A DNA stretch of 64,000 bases from Candidatus Bathyarchaeia archaeon (GTDB lineage: Archaea > Thermoproteota > CALKCG01 > B24). The translations under genes and the position numbers were made by a program. The notes under the pieces were generated by a model that was not told the DNA's origin, did no database searches, and saw only the letters and a list, made by a program, of their open reading frames with translations. Positions 37,570 to 47,300 of this stretch are shown here, piece by piece (within the stretch, counting starts at the first letter, position 1; the number at the start of each line of letters is the position of its first letter). The stretch covers positions 463,626-527,625 of the forward strand of contig JAVZJD010000002.1 in the NCBI GenBank assembly GCA_038870975.1, read 5' to 3'.

Positions 37570-37788
37570 TTGGTAGAGTATGAAAAGAATGATTTCACTT
37601 TAACGGGAAAAATTGAAGATGACATACTCAGCATAGCTGCCGTACATCCAATACGTAAAGAAGTGATAGTAAGTCTTCTAAAAAGGGTTGGAGCAGACTG
37701 GCAAATCTTAGAAAAACTTCTTCAAGAAGGTAAACTGATAAAACTCAAATATGGTGGAAATGAATACTATAGGAGCAAACTTAGGTAA
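37570..37788 (+). CDS. hypothetical protein (72 aa), last gene of the cassette
   Basis: ORF only; no motif recognised. Confidence 0.25.
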   Translation: MVEYEKNDFTLTGKIEDDILSIAAVHPIRKEVIVSLLKRVGADWQILEKLLQEGKLIKLKYGGNEYYRSKLR

Positions 37789-37942
37789 GAAAACTTGAAA
37801 GACTTTACACTATATATCTGTTAATAGAGTAGAAGTGTCCACTCTTTTAATTTTCCTGTTTCTAATGTTGTTACACCGATAAGTACCTTATCTATGACGT
37901 CTGAGACAAGTACTGGCACTATTTCACTTCTCCCCTCCAGCT

Positions 37943-38171
37943 CTATTCATATTCTTGGTCTCTCAAGATTGATCTTCCAGCACCACTCTCCGCAATGGAT
38001 CTACTAGTCGCCTTAAGATCGAGAAACGTAGCTATCTTGCGTGGTATAATTGTAAGCGTAGCGCTAGTATCAACTAAGGCGTTAACCTCAACGAGTCTAA
38101 CGCAACTTTCATCAGCTATTTCAGCCGGGGCCCAACATGACCCAAAAATAATCCCTAAACTTAAACCTCAT
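37943..38171 (-). pseudogene. retropepsin-like aspartyl protease gene fragment, frameshifted
   Basis: Minus-strand frame encodes ...CVRLVEVNALVDTSATLTIIPRKIATFLDLK (DTG-like active-site block) without a start codon; an ATG at 38171 opens a 17-codon ORF in another frame. Confidence 0.35.
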
Positions 38172-38517
38172 GGTGTTTAAATTCTTCCTTAGGCAATTTT
38201 CAAGTTTCCAGGATTATTGTAAAGGTGTTCTCTGCTATTTTAGTCCCATTCCTCTTTGCCAATATAATGTATAAGGAATGTATATAGCTATGCTCCGTTT
38301 AGAGGATATTTTAAATGCTCAATCTATGGTTTCGCTGAACACTCTCATTTTCCTCCTTAACCCATTCTGGAACATTAACGCTCACCGCAGTCATTAACCA
38401 TCAACATGAGTTTCGATACAAATTCAATAAAACCCCTAGTGGTAAACCATCGTTTAAGACGCCTAAAAATATTGACTAGCTTCTCCCAGAAGCTAAGTAA
38501 AATTTCCCTATCCAAAT

Positions 38518-39435
38518 CTAAATCATCCTATACAACGGATGATTTTTAACTAGCGGCTTTATCCCTATGCTTCTTGCATGGTAAGCGACTATTGCATCGA
38601 TCATTGCACAGATGGGAAAGATATGCTTAGCTTTTGCAATAGAGCCGTAAATAATAAAGTTTGCTCCCATGGTTTGAGCGAGAGCTAAAGCCCCACCTCT
38701 ACACGCTATCTTCACGTTTTCTTCTAAACCTTTAGTTTTACTCCATTTCCCCACAGCGCCTATCGGCGCTGTTCCAGTCGGCATGCCAAATTCTTCCTTA
38801 GCTAGATAGATGCCTCGAGCCGCAAAGCCTATGCTTGGAACGTCTAAAACCAGCATGAAGATTAAGGGCTTCTCTATGCCAGCTTTTAAAGCTCTAGCAA
38901 CCAACCCCTCTTCTTCAGCAGATCCTTTAAGAATTTGGATCATACCAGCTGGATATGGATTTCTAGGATTAAAGGCCTGGATAATAGCGGCCTTTAGCTT
39001 TACCCCTCTAATGGCTTCGACCTCCTCTCTACTTAACGTATAGTTTATGGAGTTATAGACAGCTCTCTCCTGAAGCCCCACTTCTCTCACATAATTTGCC
39101 GCTCCAATTCTTATGGACGCGTTAGATCCATTTATTAGGAATGGGCTGTCAGTAACGTTTGATACGAATTCAATGTACTTTATGAGAGCTATAGAGTTTT
39201 CTCCAACCACGTCAAGCATACAAGGAACACCTGTTTTCTCAGACAGCTCTTCTTGAACAAGTATCAGTCTTTCAGCCTCTCTTCTATTGAAGAGCCCTGA
39301 AGACTTATCTTGAACTATCCTATGCCCCTCGTGGAATATACTTCCAATTAAAACTGTAGGCAATTCTCCAGGTTGCCCGCCGACTTTAACTTTTCCAATT
39401 TCAAAAATACTCTGCGTTTTTTCAAACTTAAACAA
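38518..39435 (-). CDS. mtrH: MtrH-family methyltransferase (tetrahydromethanopterin S-methyltransferase subunit H-like)
   Basis: 305 aa; N-terminus (TTG start) FKFEKTQSIFEIGKVKVGGQPGELPTVLIGSIF and overall colinearity with MtrH. Confidence 0.75.
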   Translation of the reverse strand: MFKFEKTQSIFEIGKVKVGGQPGELPTVLIGSIFHEGHRIVQDKSSGLFNRREAERLILVQEELSEKTGVPCMLDVVGENSIALIKYIEFVSNVTDSPFLINGSNASIRIGAANYVREVGLQERAVYNSINYTLSREEVEAIRGVKLKAAIIQAFNPRNPYPAGMIQILKGSAEEEGLVARALKAGIEKPLIFMLVLDVPSIGFAARGIYLAKEEFGMPTGTAPIGAVGKWSKTKGLEENVKIACRGGALALAQTMGANFIIYGSIAKAKHIFPICAMIDAIVAYHARSIGIKPLVKNHPLYRMI

Positions 39436-39513
39436 GCAATTCCACCATCAACTAGACTCTATTTAGGAGAGCTACTAAAAACTTTTATCGGAGGAGTATG
39501 AAGCTGATATCTA

Positions 39514-39999
39514 ATGAAGAAATTAAAGCATTCCTTTAAAGTCGGCATGAGTTTTGGTTTAACTTCAGGGATAATTACAACGCTCGGTTTAATAGTCGGC
39601 CTCCACTCTGGCACACATTCGAAGCTTGCAGTTATAGGAGGGATATTAACTATAGCAATAGCCGATGCGTTCTCCGACGCGCTTGGAATACACATGTCTG
39701 AAGAGTCAGAGGCGAGACACAGCTCGAAGGAAATTTGGGAGTCTACAGCTTCAACCTTCCTATTTAAATTCACATTTGCTTTAACATTTATAATTCCAGT
39801 AATAACACTTGATTTGACTACGGCTATAATTGCGAGTGTAATCTGGGGTATCATCCTCATTGGATTCTTCAGCTACATTATCGCTAGAGAACAAAAAGAG
39901 AATCCTTGGAACACTGTCATTGAACATTTGATCATAGTAGTTGTAGTCGTAATAATCGCACATTTAATAGGAGACTGCATCGCCTCCATATTCGGTTAA
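39514..39999 (+). CDS. VIT1/CCC1-family membrane transporter domain protein
   Basis: 161 aa; AIADAFSDALG motif and several hydrophobic helices. Confidence 0.65.
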   Translation: MKKLKHSFKVGMSFGLTSGIITTLGLIVGLHSGTHSKLAVIGGILTIAIADAFSDALGIHMSEESEARHSSKEIWESTASTFLFKFTFALTFIIPVITLDLTTAIIASVIWGIILIGFFSYIIAREQKENPWNTVIEHLIIVVVVVIIAHLIGDCIASIFG

Positions 40000-40019
40000 A
40001 AATCAAACGACTATTTCTC

Positions 40020-40379
40020 TTAGAAACCAGGGTCTCCTTCAACAACTTTAACGTTCACCTGCAAGGTATCCTCTGTTATAGTGTTCCCTCTAACCAGCTT
40101 TCTAACTCTAACCCCTTCCTTCCTTGGATTAAAGCCAGGACCCTCTGAGATTAAAATGTACTTTTTCACTCCTCCTCTAACATCAGGCCTCATGGGTATT
40201 CCATCTTTATCACTACCACCAGTTATGAGGAGTTTAACTTTACCTAAACCCATGACTGAACCGTCTATAACCTCACCTATTCTACGACCTAGAAGCGGAA
40301 CAGCCTGTACGCCTTCAACTTCAAAAGTTCTGGACTTACCTGTTTTAGGGTTGGCTACTACGAGTTTAAACTTAGCCAT
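40020..40379 (-). CDS. rps6e: 30S ribosomal protein S6e
   Basis: 119 aa; MAKFKLVVANPKTGKSRTFEVEG. Confidence 0.85.
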   Translation of the reverse strand: MAKFKLVVANPKTGKSRTFEVEGVQAVPLLGRRIGEVIDGSVMGLGKVKLLITGGSDKDGIPMRPDVRGGVKKYILISEGPGFNPRKEGVRVRKLVRGNTITEDTLQVNVKVVEGDPGF

Positions 40380-40465
40380 GGCGCTCCCCTTCTAATGATG
40401 TTTACGCTACTATAAAGGTTTCTCTTCCTAGGTCAAGAAAAGTGCCAGTTAAGCCTGCATGAAAT

Positions 40466-42259
40466 TTAGAAACCCCATAGAGCTTTCTTTCTCCTCTTTA
40501 CTTCCGCGAATTCCTCTAGAACAGCATGCTCTTCAGCGGATAGGATATCAGGATACGTCTGCTTGAACATCTTATAGTGCTGCTCAGGGACGTCTACGTA
40601 GAGAATATCACCCTCGTCGACATTCCTACCGATTATCGCATTATCTATAGATATTGCCACCTGCATGCCTCTAGTCGCCTCAGGAATAGTCTTACCCCTA
40701 TCTTGAACCTGAAGAATAGCTCCGACGCTTTCTCCATCATCTCTTATGAGCTCCTCCCTAGGTTTAACCCTTCCAGCCAGCACTTCTACACCGACTATGG
40801 CAGGCTTACTCCTCCTAAATACATAGCCTGGTAGTATTTTCAGCTTACCTGGAAAAATCAAAGTGCTAATTATCATCTTCGTCTTTTCCTCCTGTTTAAC
40901 CTTAAACCACGCAACATAATCTTCAACAACTCTGTATATTATATTACTTATGAAGACTGGAATCCCAGCCGATTCTTCCGTAGCCTCAGGTAGGATTTTA
41001 ACGTTAAATCCGAGGATTACACCATACTCCGGTTTTTCCCTAGCTGTAACCTTAGCTTCTGTGAAATCGCGCTTTGAAACATCACCTATATCAGCTAATC
41101 TAACCGGTATGCCCCTCTTGTTGAGCTCGGTTATCAACGCCTCAAGAGCACCCAACGTATCTGCTTTAACTACGACTCCAATTTTATCTGTTTTTATCCG
41201 AAGCCTACCAATTTCTTCAGACAGCTTTTTAACATATTCTTCAACCGAAGCACCCTCCGGAACAGCATAAAGCGGAGACCCTGGAATAGCATCTTCAAGG
41301 TTTGGAGCTGCTATCTTGACGCCGACTGCTGCTACAACTTTATCGACTTTCATAAAACCTCCTGTGGGAGCTCTAATCTCATCTAGAGGCTTGGGGAGGA
41401 GTAGCGACCTAACTTTAGTAACTATAGGCTTCTCTTTACCAGCTAAAACTATGATATCATCTACCTTTAGAATACCATCGTAGATTATTACGTTTACCGT
41501 CACCCCTAATCCGACTTCCTCTTTAACTTCCAGTACTGTTCCCCTAGCTGCTCCACTAGTAGTTTCAAGCCTCGCTTTAAGATACTGCTGAGTTAAACCT
41601 ATAAGGACTAGGAGAAGGTCCGGTATCCCCTCACCCGTTTTAGCACTCACTGGAACAAGGGCTACGGTCCTAGTGAAATCTTTAATCCGATCATATCTAT
41701 CTGCTTGGAAGCCCAATTTTGAAAGCTCTCCTATGATAAGATAGAGCCTGGCGTCTAGGTCTTTTCTAACGTAAGGGTCTTGAAGCCTAAAAGTCTCGTT
41801 GAACGGCTTGTCGTAGTTTGGCTTCCAACCAGGTATAAGGTCTATTTTATTAACGGCGACTAAGAACGGTACTTTCCTAGACCTTAAAAGCTCTATAGAT
41901 TCTATCGTCTGCTCCTCCACGCCTTTAATAACGTCTATCACTAAAATCGCTATATCTGCTACGGAGCCTCCACGCATCCTCAAATTCATAAATGCGCTGT
42001 GACCTGGGGTGTCTATTACTAAGAGGCCTGGAACTCTTATCTTCCACCCAGTTTTAGCAAGTAGAGATTCACAAGACTTTTCCAACGCATCCAGAGGGAA
42101 GAAACTTGCACCTATATGTTGAGTCATTTCCCCAGGCTCTTTTAAGGTGACAGCAGTCCCCCTAATCTTATCTAAAAGCGTAGTTTTTCCGTGGTCTACA
42201 TGTCCTAAGACAACAACTATGGGTTGTCTTATGGTTCTATCCTGCTTTTCAATATCCAT
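40466..42259 (-). CDS. infB: translation initiation factor aIF5B (IF-2 homolog)
   Basis: 597 aa; G-domain GHVDHGKTTLLD, DTPGH, NKID. Confidence 0.9.
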   Translation of the reverse strand: MDIEKQDRTIRQPIVVVLGHVDHGKTTLLDKIRGTAVTLKEPGEMTQHIGASFFPLDALEKSCESLLAKTGWKIRVPGLLVIDTPGHSAFMNLRMRGGSVADIAILVIDVIKGVEEQTIESIELLRSRKVPFLVAVNKIDLIPGWKPNYDKPFNETFRLQDPYVRKDLDARLYLIIGELSKLGFQADRYDRIKDFTRTVALVPVSAKTGEGIPDLLLVLIGLTQQYLKARLETTSGAARGTVLEVKEEVGLGVTVNVIIYDGILKVDDIIVLAGKEKPIVTKVRSLLLPKPLDEIRAPTGGFMKVDKVVAAVGVKIAAPNLEDAIPGSPLYAVPEGASVEEYVKKLSEEIGRLRIKTDKIGVVVKADTLGALEALITELNKRGIPVRLADIGDVSKRDFTEAKVTAREKPEYGVILGFNVKILPEATEESAGIPVFISNIIYRVVEDYVAWFKVKQEEKTKMIISTLIFPGKLKILPGYVFRRSKPAIVGVEVLAGRVKPREELIRDDGESVGAILQVQDRGKTIPEATRGMQVAISIDNAIIGRNVDEGDILYVDVPEQHYKMFKQTYPDILSAEEHAVLEEFAEVKRRKKALWGF

Positions 42260-42392
42260 ATTCCTTCACTACTATCTTTCAAACCACTTATAGAGTTTTC
42301 TTACCCCAAAGAGACCACTAGAAGGCAATCACTCTTCAGACAACCTTTTAAACGCCCACTACGAGTAATCTAGAAAGAGGATTGAAGAGACT

Positions 42393-44135
42393 ATGGAAGA
42401 GCCTATTAAGACACTCATATGGAAATATGCTTTACAGAACGCATACAGGTATGGAGGGAGGGCCCAGTCTAAAGCCGTTATAGGCAAAGTCTTAGCTGAA
42501 AAACCAGAGCTTAAAGCTCTGGCTAGAGAACTTACAAGCACTATCCAGCAGATCGTAGACGAAGTCAACCGCATGAGCTTAGAAGAACAAAGAAGAATTC
42601 TGGAAGAGAATTTTCCAGAATTATTGGCTGAAAGAGAAGTCGAGGCTACCGTAAAAACCCTACCGCCCCTCCCCAACGTAGATAAATATCCCATGGTTGT
42701 AACGAGGTATGCGCCAAATCCAGATTTCGTCCTACACTTCGGCCAGGCTAGGGCCATATACTTAAGCCACGACTATGCGAGAATCTACAAAGGAAAATTT
42801 ATACTTAGATTTGAAGATACAGACCCTAAGAATAAAAAGCCAGTTTTAGAGTATTACGATGCCATTAGAGAGGATATAAAATGGCTTGGATGTAAATGGG
42901 ATGAAGAATATATTCAAAGCCTACGCCTACCCATATACTACGAGTATGCTAGAAAACTCATAGAGGCCGAAGCTGCATACGTCTGCACGTGTAAACCAGA
43001 GGCTTTTAAAGAAATGGTTATAGTAGGCAAACCATGTCCATGCAGGGGATTGACCGTTGAAGAGAACCTTGAAAGATGGGATAAAATGCTAGGTGACTAC
43101 TATGGAGAGGGGGATGCGGTATTAAGGGTTAAAACAGACCTACAACATAAGAATGTTTCTGTAAGAGAATGGGTGGCGTTTAGAATAATAGACGCTTCTA
43201 AGAATCCACATCCAATAGTCGGGGATAAGTATAACCTCTGGCCAACTTATCACTTTGCAAACGGCTTAGACGACCATTTGATGGAGATTACACACATAAT
43301 TAGAGGAAAGGAATTCCTATCAACACTCGATAGACATTTATACCTATACAAGCACTTTGGATGGAAGTATCCAGAAGCCATACACTACGGTAGATGGCTT
43401 CTTCCAAAGGGAGGAGCTATGTCTAAGTCTAAAACCCTTAGAGCCATTAAAGCTGGCCTCTTTAAGGGGTTTGACGATCCTCGACTGCCCACTCTTGCAG
43501 CTCTACGCCGTAGAGGAATACAGCCTGAAGCCATCCACCAGATGATTTTAGAAGTTGGCGTTAAACAGTCTGAAGTATCTCTAAGCTGGGACAACCTCTA
43601 CGCCTACAATAAGCGGATTGTTGAGCCAAAGGCTAAGAGGCTGTTTTTCGTACATAACCCAGTTAGATTAAAAGTTTACGGATTAACGAGACAGTATGAG
43701 GCTAAGATACGGTTCCACCCATCTAAACCTGAAATGGGATTCCGTAGATTAAAAGTTGAAGTTAAGAACAACGGAGCAAGTTTATTCATATCTCCGGAGG
43801 ACGCAAAGCTCCTGAAGGATAGGGGGATGGTTAGACTCATGGAGCTTTTCAACGTTAAATTAGAAAAGTCTTCAGACAATATGCTAGAAGCCATTCTCCT
43901 GAGTGAAACCTATGAAGAAGCTAGGAGGTTAAACATACCGCTAATACATTGGCTTCCAGCAGATCAGTACATTAAAGCTAGAGTTGTAATGCCAGATGCG
44001 ACAGAACTGGAGGGGATTGTTGAAAACAACTGTTTAGCAGTTGAAGTCGGAGAAGTCGTGCAATTTGAAAGATTCGGATTCGTCAGATTAGACTCTAAAA
44101 ATGGAGAATGGGTCTTCTACTACACCCATAAGTGA
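42393..44135 (+). CDS. gltX: glutamyl-tRNA synthetase, archaeal type
   Basis: 580 aa; RYAPNPDFVLHFGQARA (HIGH-region variant), FEDTDP, MSKSK. Confidence 0.85.
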   Translation: MEEPIKTLIWKYALQNAYRYGGRAQSKAVIGKVLAEKPELKALARELTSTIQQIVDEVNRMSLEEQRRILEENFPELLAEREVEATVKTLPPLPNVDKYPMVVTRYAPNPDFVLHFGQARAIYLSHDYARIYKGKFILRFEDTDPKNKKPVLEYYDAIREDIKWLGCKWDEEYIQSLRLPIYYEYARKLIEAEAAYVCTCKPEAFKEMVIVGKPCPCRGLTVEENLERWDKMLGDYYGEGDAVLRVKTDLQHKNVSVREWVAFRIIDASKNPHPIVGDKYNLWPTYHFANGLDDHLMEITHIIRGKEFLSTLDRHLYLYKHFGWKYPEAIHYGRWLLPKGGAMSKSKTLRAIKAGLFKGFDDPRLPTLAALRRRGIQPEAIHQMILEVGVKQSEVSLSWDNLYAYNKRIVEPKAKRLFFVHNPVRLKVYGLTRQYEAKIRFHPSKPEMGFRRLKVEVKNNGASLFISPEDAKLLKDRGMVRLMELFNVKLEKSSDNMLEAILLSETYEEARRLNIPLIHWLPADQYIKARVVMPDATELEGIVENNCLAVEVGEVVQFERFGFVRLDSKNGEWVFYYTHK

Positions 44136-44216
44136 AAATTTTATTCATTATTGTACGTCAATTCCATCGGTGAGCATCTTAGAACCCTAAAGGGGAATGG
44201 ATGAATGCAATTTCTT

Positions 44217-45059
44217 CTACGCCTCTAGCTGTAGAAATGCTAAAAGCCCTAGAAGCATCCATATTACCACTATGTTTTTAACTTTTCTGGCTTTCTCCCT
44301 TGATGGATTTCTCAGAATGATTATGGAGGAGACCGCGAAGCCTACATCAGCTAATGCTACTGTAAACGAATATCCTAGAGGTGGATTACCAGTAAGAATA
44401 GGTATAGGTGTGATTAAAACAGCTAATAAGTATAAGCCTGTTGCTACATAGGAGGCTATTCTACTCCCATGCTTCACAGCTATCGTATTAATACCGTAAA
44501 TCCTATCCCCTTCTACGTCGACTATACCCTTCGTCACCTCTCTACCCGTATTTGATAGGAAGGCCGTTGAAGCCGCTAAAATATTCGATGTCTTCAATCT
44601 TCCCGTTAGAAGACCGCCGTATATGAAGGGGATTGCAACACATCCACTAACCATCATATTGCCTAAAAAACCCGTCTTTTTACCGTAGGATGTGTATATT
44701 ACTGATAAGAATATGGATAGCAAAGCCAATACGAGGCATTTGTTGGAAGTAAAAGCTGAAGCAGATAGACCTATAATTAATAGTAGAATTGCATATATTA
44801 ATGCTCGAGTGGGTCTTACAGCTCCACTCGGTATCGGCCTATTAGGCTCATTTATAGCATCTATATGACGGTCGAAGTAATCGTTTAAAGTCATTGAAGC
44901 ACCTGTTAGAGTAAAACCAGTTATAAAGCCGAGTACTGCACTTTGAACTACCCAAAGCTTAATATTTGACTCGGCCATGTAAAGACCGACTAAGACAGCA
45001 AAGCCCATCATAAACGAGTTTACAGGTCTAAGTAATCTAACGTACTGTTTAATGTGCAT
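44217..45059 (-). CDS. UbiA-family prenyltransferase (likely digeranylgeranylglyceryl phosphate synthase)
   Basis: 280 aa, polytopic; NDYFDRHIDAIN (NDxxDxxxD) motif. Confidence 0.7.
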   Translation of the reverse strand: MHIKQYVRLLRPVNSFMMGFAVLVGLYMAESNIKLWVVQSAVLGFITGFTLTGASMTLNDYFDRHIDAINEPNRPIPSGAVRPTRALIYAILLLIIGLSASAFTSNKCLVLALLSIFLSVIYTSYGKKTGFLGNMMVSGCVAIPFIYGGLLTGRLKTSNILAASTAFLSNTGREVTKGIVDVEGDRIYGINTIAVKHGSRIASYVATGLYLLAVLITPIPILTGNPPLGYSFTVALADVGFAVSSIIILRNPSREKARKVKNIVVIWMLLGLLAFLQLEA

Positions 45060-45118
45060 CAGAAGTTAAATTATACGACCATGTTTAAAGTGTTTTCGAT
45101 TCCGATACAACCTTAAGC

Positions 45119-45748
45119 CTATAAACCGCTTATACTAAAGTATATCCAAGATACGCCAAAAACTATTAGAATTATACTAAAAAGCAACAGTATGTAGCGG
45201 TAGACTTTAAGGCCAAGCACTTTCTTCCCGAACTTTGAAAGATGTGCTAACAATCCAAGCCATAGATAGTCCATCCAAACATGAGACACATACATTACGG
45301 TTAACCCCTGTACTAAACCTAGACTCATAGCCTCATATATGAGGACTGAACCGATACTAAACCACCAAAGGAGGAAGTACGGGTTTAAACCAGACAGCAT
45401 AACACCTGTTAGAATGGAGCCTCTTTCCAGGGAAACTTCGCTATTTGATGGAGACTGAGTTAATTTTAAACCTCCCTGAAGCTGAAGTACACCGAAAGCT
45501 ATTAAAGCTAAACCTCCCACTATCCCTAAAAACTGTTTTACCGTTTGACTGATTAAGCTTAGTAGGCCAAACCATATGAGTATGACCAGTGGGAGTTCTA
45601 CAATTGTATGCCCTAGTGCACAACCTAAACCAGCCTTAAGACCACCCTTACTACCACGGATGATCGTAGCTATTGTTAGAGGACCTGGACTTAATGCGCC
45701 CGAAGCTGTAATTATCGATACGTATATTATGAAGGAGAAAACATCCAA
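45119..45748 (-). CDS. LysE/RhtB-family amino-acid exporter
   Basis: 209 aa; GALSPGPLT motif and six hydrophobic segments. Confidence 0.7.
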   Translation of the reverse strand: MDVFSFIIYVSIITASGALSPGPLTIATIIRGSKGGLKAGLGCALGHTIVELPLVILIWFGLLSLISQTVKQFLGIVGGLALIAFGVLQLQGGLKLTQSPSNSEVSLERGSILTGVMLSGLNPYFLLWWFSIGSVLIYEAMSLGLVQGLTVMYVSHVWMDYLWLGLLAHLSKFGKKVLGLKVYRYILLLFSIILIVFGVSWIYFSISGL

Positions 45749-45752
45749 GCTT

Positions 45753-47267
45753 TTAACCTCTTGAACTCGCTGTACGCTTTCGAAGGAGAAGTTTATTTAT
45801 AGCATTAACCATAGCTTCTACACTAGCCATAACTATGTCTTCTCTAGTGGCTCTAGCAGATACGATGCTACCTTCATCATCTTCAACTTTAATAACAACT
45901 TCCGCCAAAGCATCTGAGCCGCCAGTTATAGCTTCAAGTCTATACTCTTTCAAATTGACTTTTACCACCGGGTTTAAAACTTCTTGAAGAGCTTTAATTG
46001 CAGCATCTACCGGGCCAACACCCGTTTTAGATGCTACGTAGACTTTACCATCTATAGAGACTTTAACAGAAGCCGTGGGAATCACCTTATTACCCGTCAT
46101 CACTGCCAATTCATCTAAGTTTAGAATTCTCTCTTCTCTAACCAATTCTCCGGCTACAACTCTAGCGATAGCCATTAAATCTTCCTCAGTAACTTGTTTA
46201 CCCTTGTCGCCTAGCTCTTTAACCCTAGCTAAGACTTCTTTAACTTGAGCCTCACTAAGTTCAAGACCCATTTGACTGAGTATAGCTTTTAAACCGTGAG
46301 TACCAGCATGCTTACCAGCTAGAATCCTCCTCTCACGCCCTACGAATTCTGGCGGTATAGGCTCATAAGTTAATGGCTGTTCTATAACACCGTGGGTATG
46401 TATACCAGATTCATGGGCGAAGGCATTCTCACCGACTACGGCCTTATTTGGTTGCACTAGAATACCTGTCAACCTAGAAACTAGTCTAGAAGTCTGATAT
46501 ATTAGACTAGGATTAACGTTTGTTTCAAAACCATATATCAATTTAAGTGCAACTACGACTTCTTCTAAAGCGGCATTGCCAGCCCTCTCACCTAAACCAT
46601 TAACCGTCACGTGGACTTGCTCAGCTCCAGCATCTAAAGCAGCTAAACTATTGGCAGTAGCCATTCCAAAGTCATCGTGGCAATGTACACTTAAAGGTCT
46701 ATAAACGACCTTCTTCAAATCACATATTAGGTCATACATACGTTTAGGTGTCATCACCCCCACAGTATCTGGAACGTTTATCCTATCAACACCAGCATCA
46801 CATAACGCTCTATAAAACTCCTTAAGAAATTCTACATCAGTTCTAGTGGCATCTTCAGCTGAGAATTCGACAGTTAAACCGTGAGCTTTAGCATAATCTA
46901 AAGCTTCTAAAGCCCTGTTTAAAACATCCTCCCTACTCATTTTAAGCTTATACTTTAAATGGATATCTGAAGTCGCTATAAAGAGATGTATACTGTTCAA
47001 ACCGCAATCTATCACAGCATCTATGTCGGATTTTAAAGCTCTAGACAAACCGCAAACTTCAACTCTTAAACCATCCTTGGCTATCAATTTAACAGCTTCA
47101 GCTTCGCCTTTAGATGTTATTGGAAAACCAGCCTCAATAACATCTACACCCAGTTTATCTAATTGACGGGCTATGGCGAGTTTATCCTCAGCCGTCAAAG
47201 CTACGCCAGGCGTCTGCTCGCCATCCCGTAGCGTAGTGTCGAATATCCTTACATACCGCGGGGGCAT
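45753..47267 (-). CDS. leuA: 2-isopropylmalate synthase / homocitrate synthase family
   Basis: 504 aa; IFDTTLRDGEQTPG; length consistent with a C-terminal regulatory domain. Confidence 0.8.
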   Translation of the reverse strand: MPPRYVRIFDTTLRDGEQTPGVALTAEDKLAIARQLDKLGVDVIEAGFPITSKGEAEAVKLIAKDGLRVEVCGLSRALKSDIDAVIDCGLNSIHLFIATSDIHLKYKLKMSREDVLNRALEALDYAKAHGLTVEFSAEDATRTDVEFLKEFYRALCDAGVDRINVPDTVGVMTPKRMYDLICDLKKVVYRPLSVHCHDDFGMATANSLAALDAGAEQVHVTVNGLGERAGNAALEEVVVALKLIYGFETNVNPSLIYQTSRLVSRLTGILVQPNKAVVGENAFAHESGIHTHGVIEQPLTYEPIPPEFVGRERRILAGKHAGTHGLKAILSQMGLELSEAQVKEVLARVKELGDKGKQVTEEDLMAIARVVAGELVREERILNLDELAVMTGNKVIPTASVKVSIDGKVYVASKTGVGPVDAAIKALQEVLNPVVKVNLKEYRLEAITGGSDALAEVVIKVEDDEGSIVSARATREDIVMASVEAMVNAINKLLLRKRTASSRG

Positions 47268-47300
47268 AATTGAATAAAATGATGCCTGATATTAAAAAGC

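Noticed and set aside
42393-44135. GluRS HIGH motif reads HFGQ
   Set aside because: GluRS enzymes tolerate variation at positions 2 and 4 of this motif (E. coli has HVGG), so it is not evidence of a non-canonical paralog
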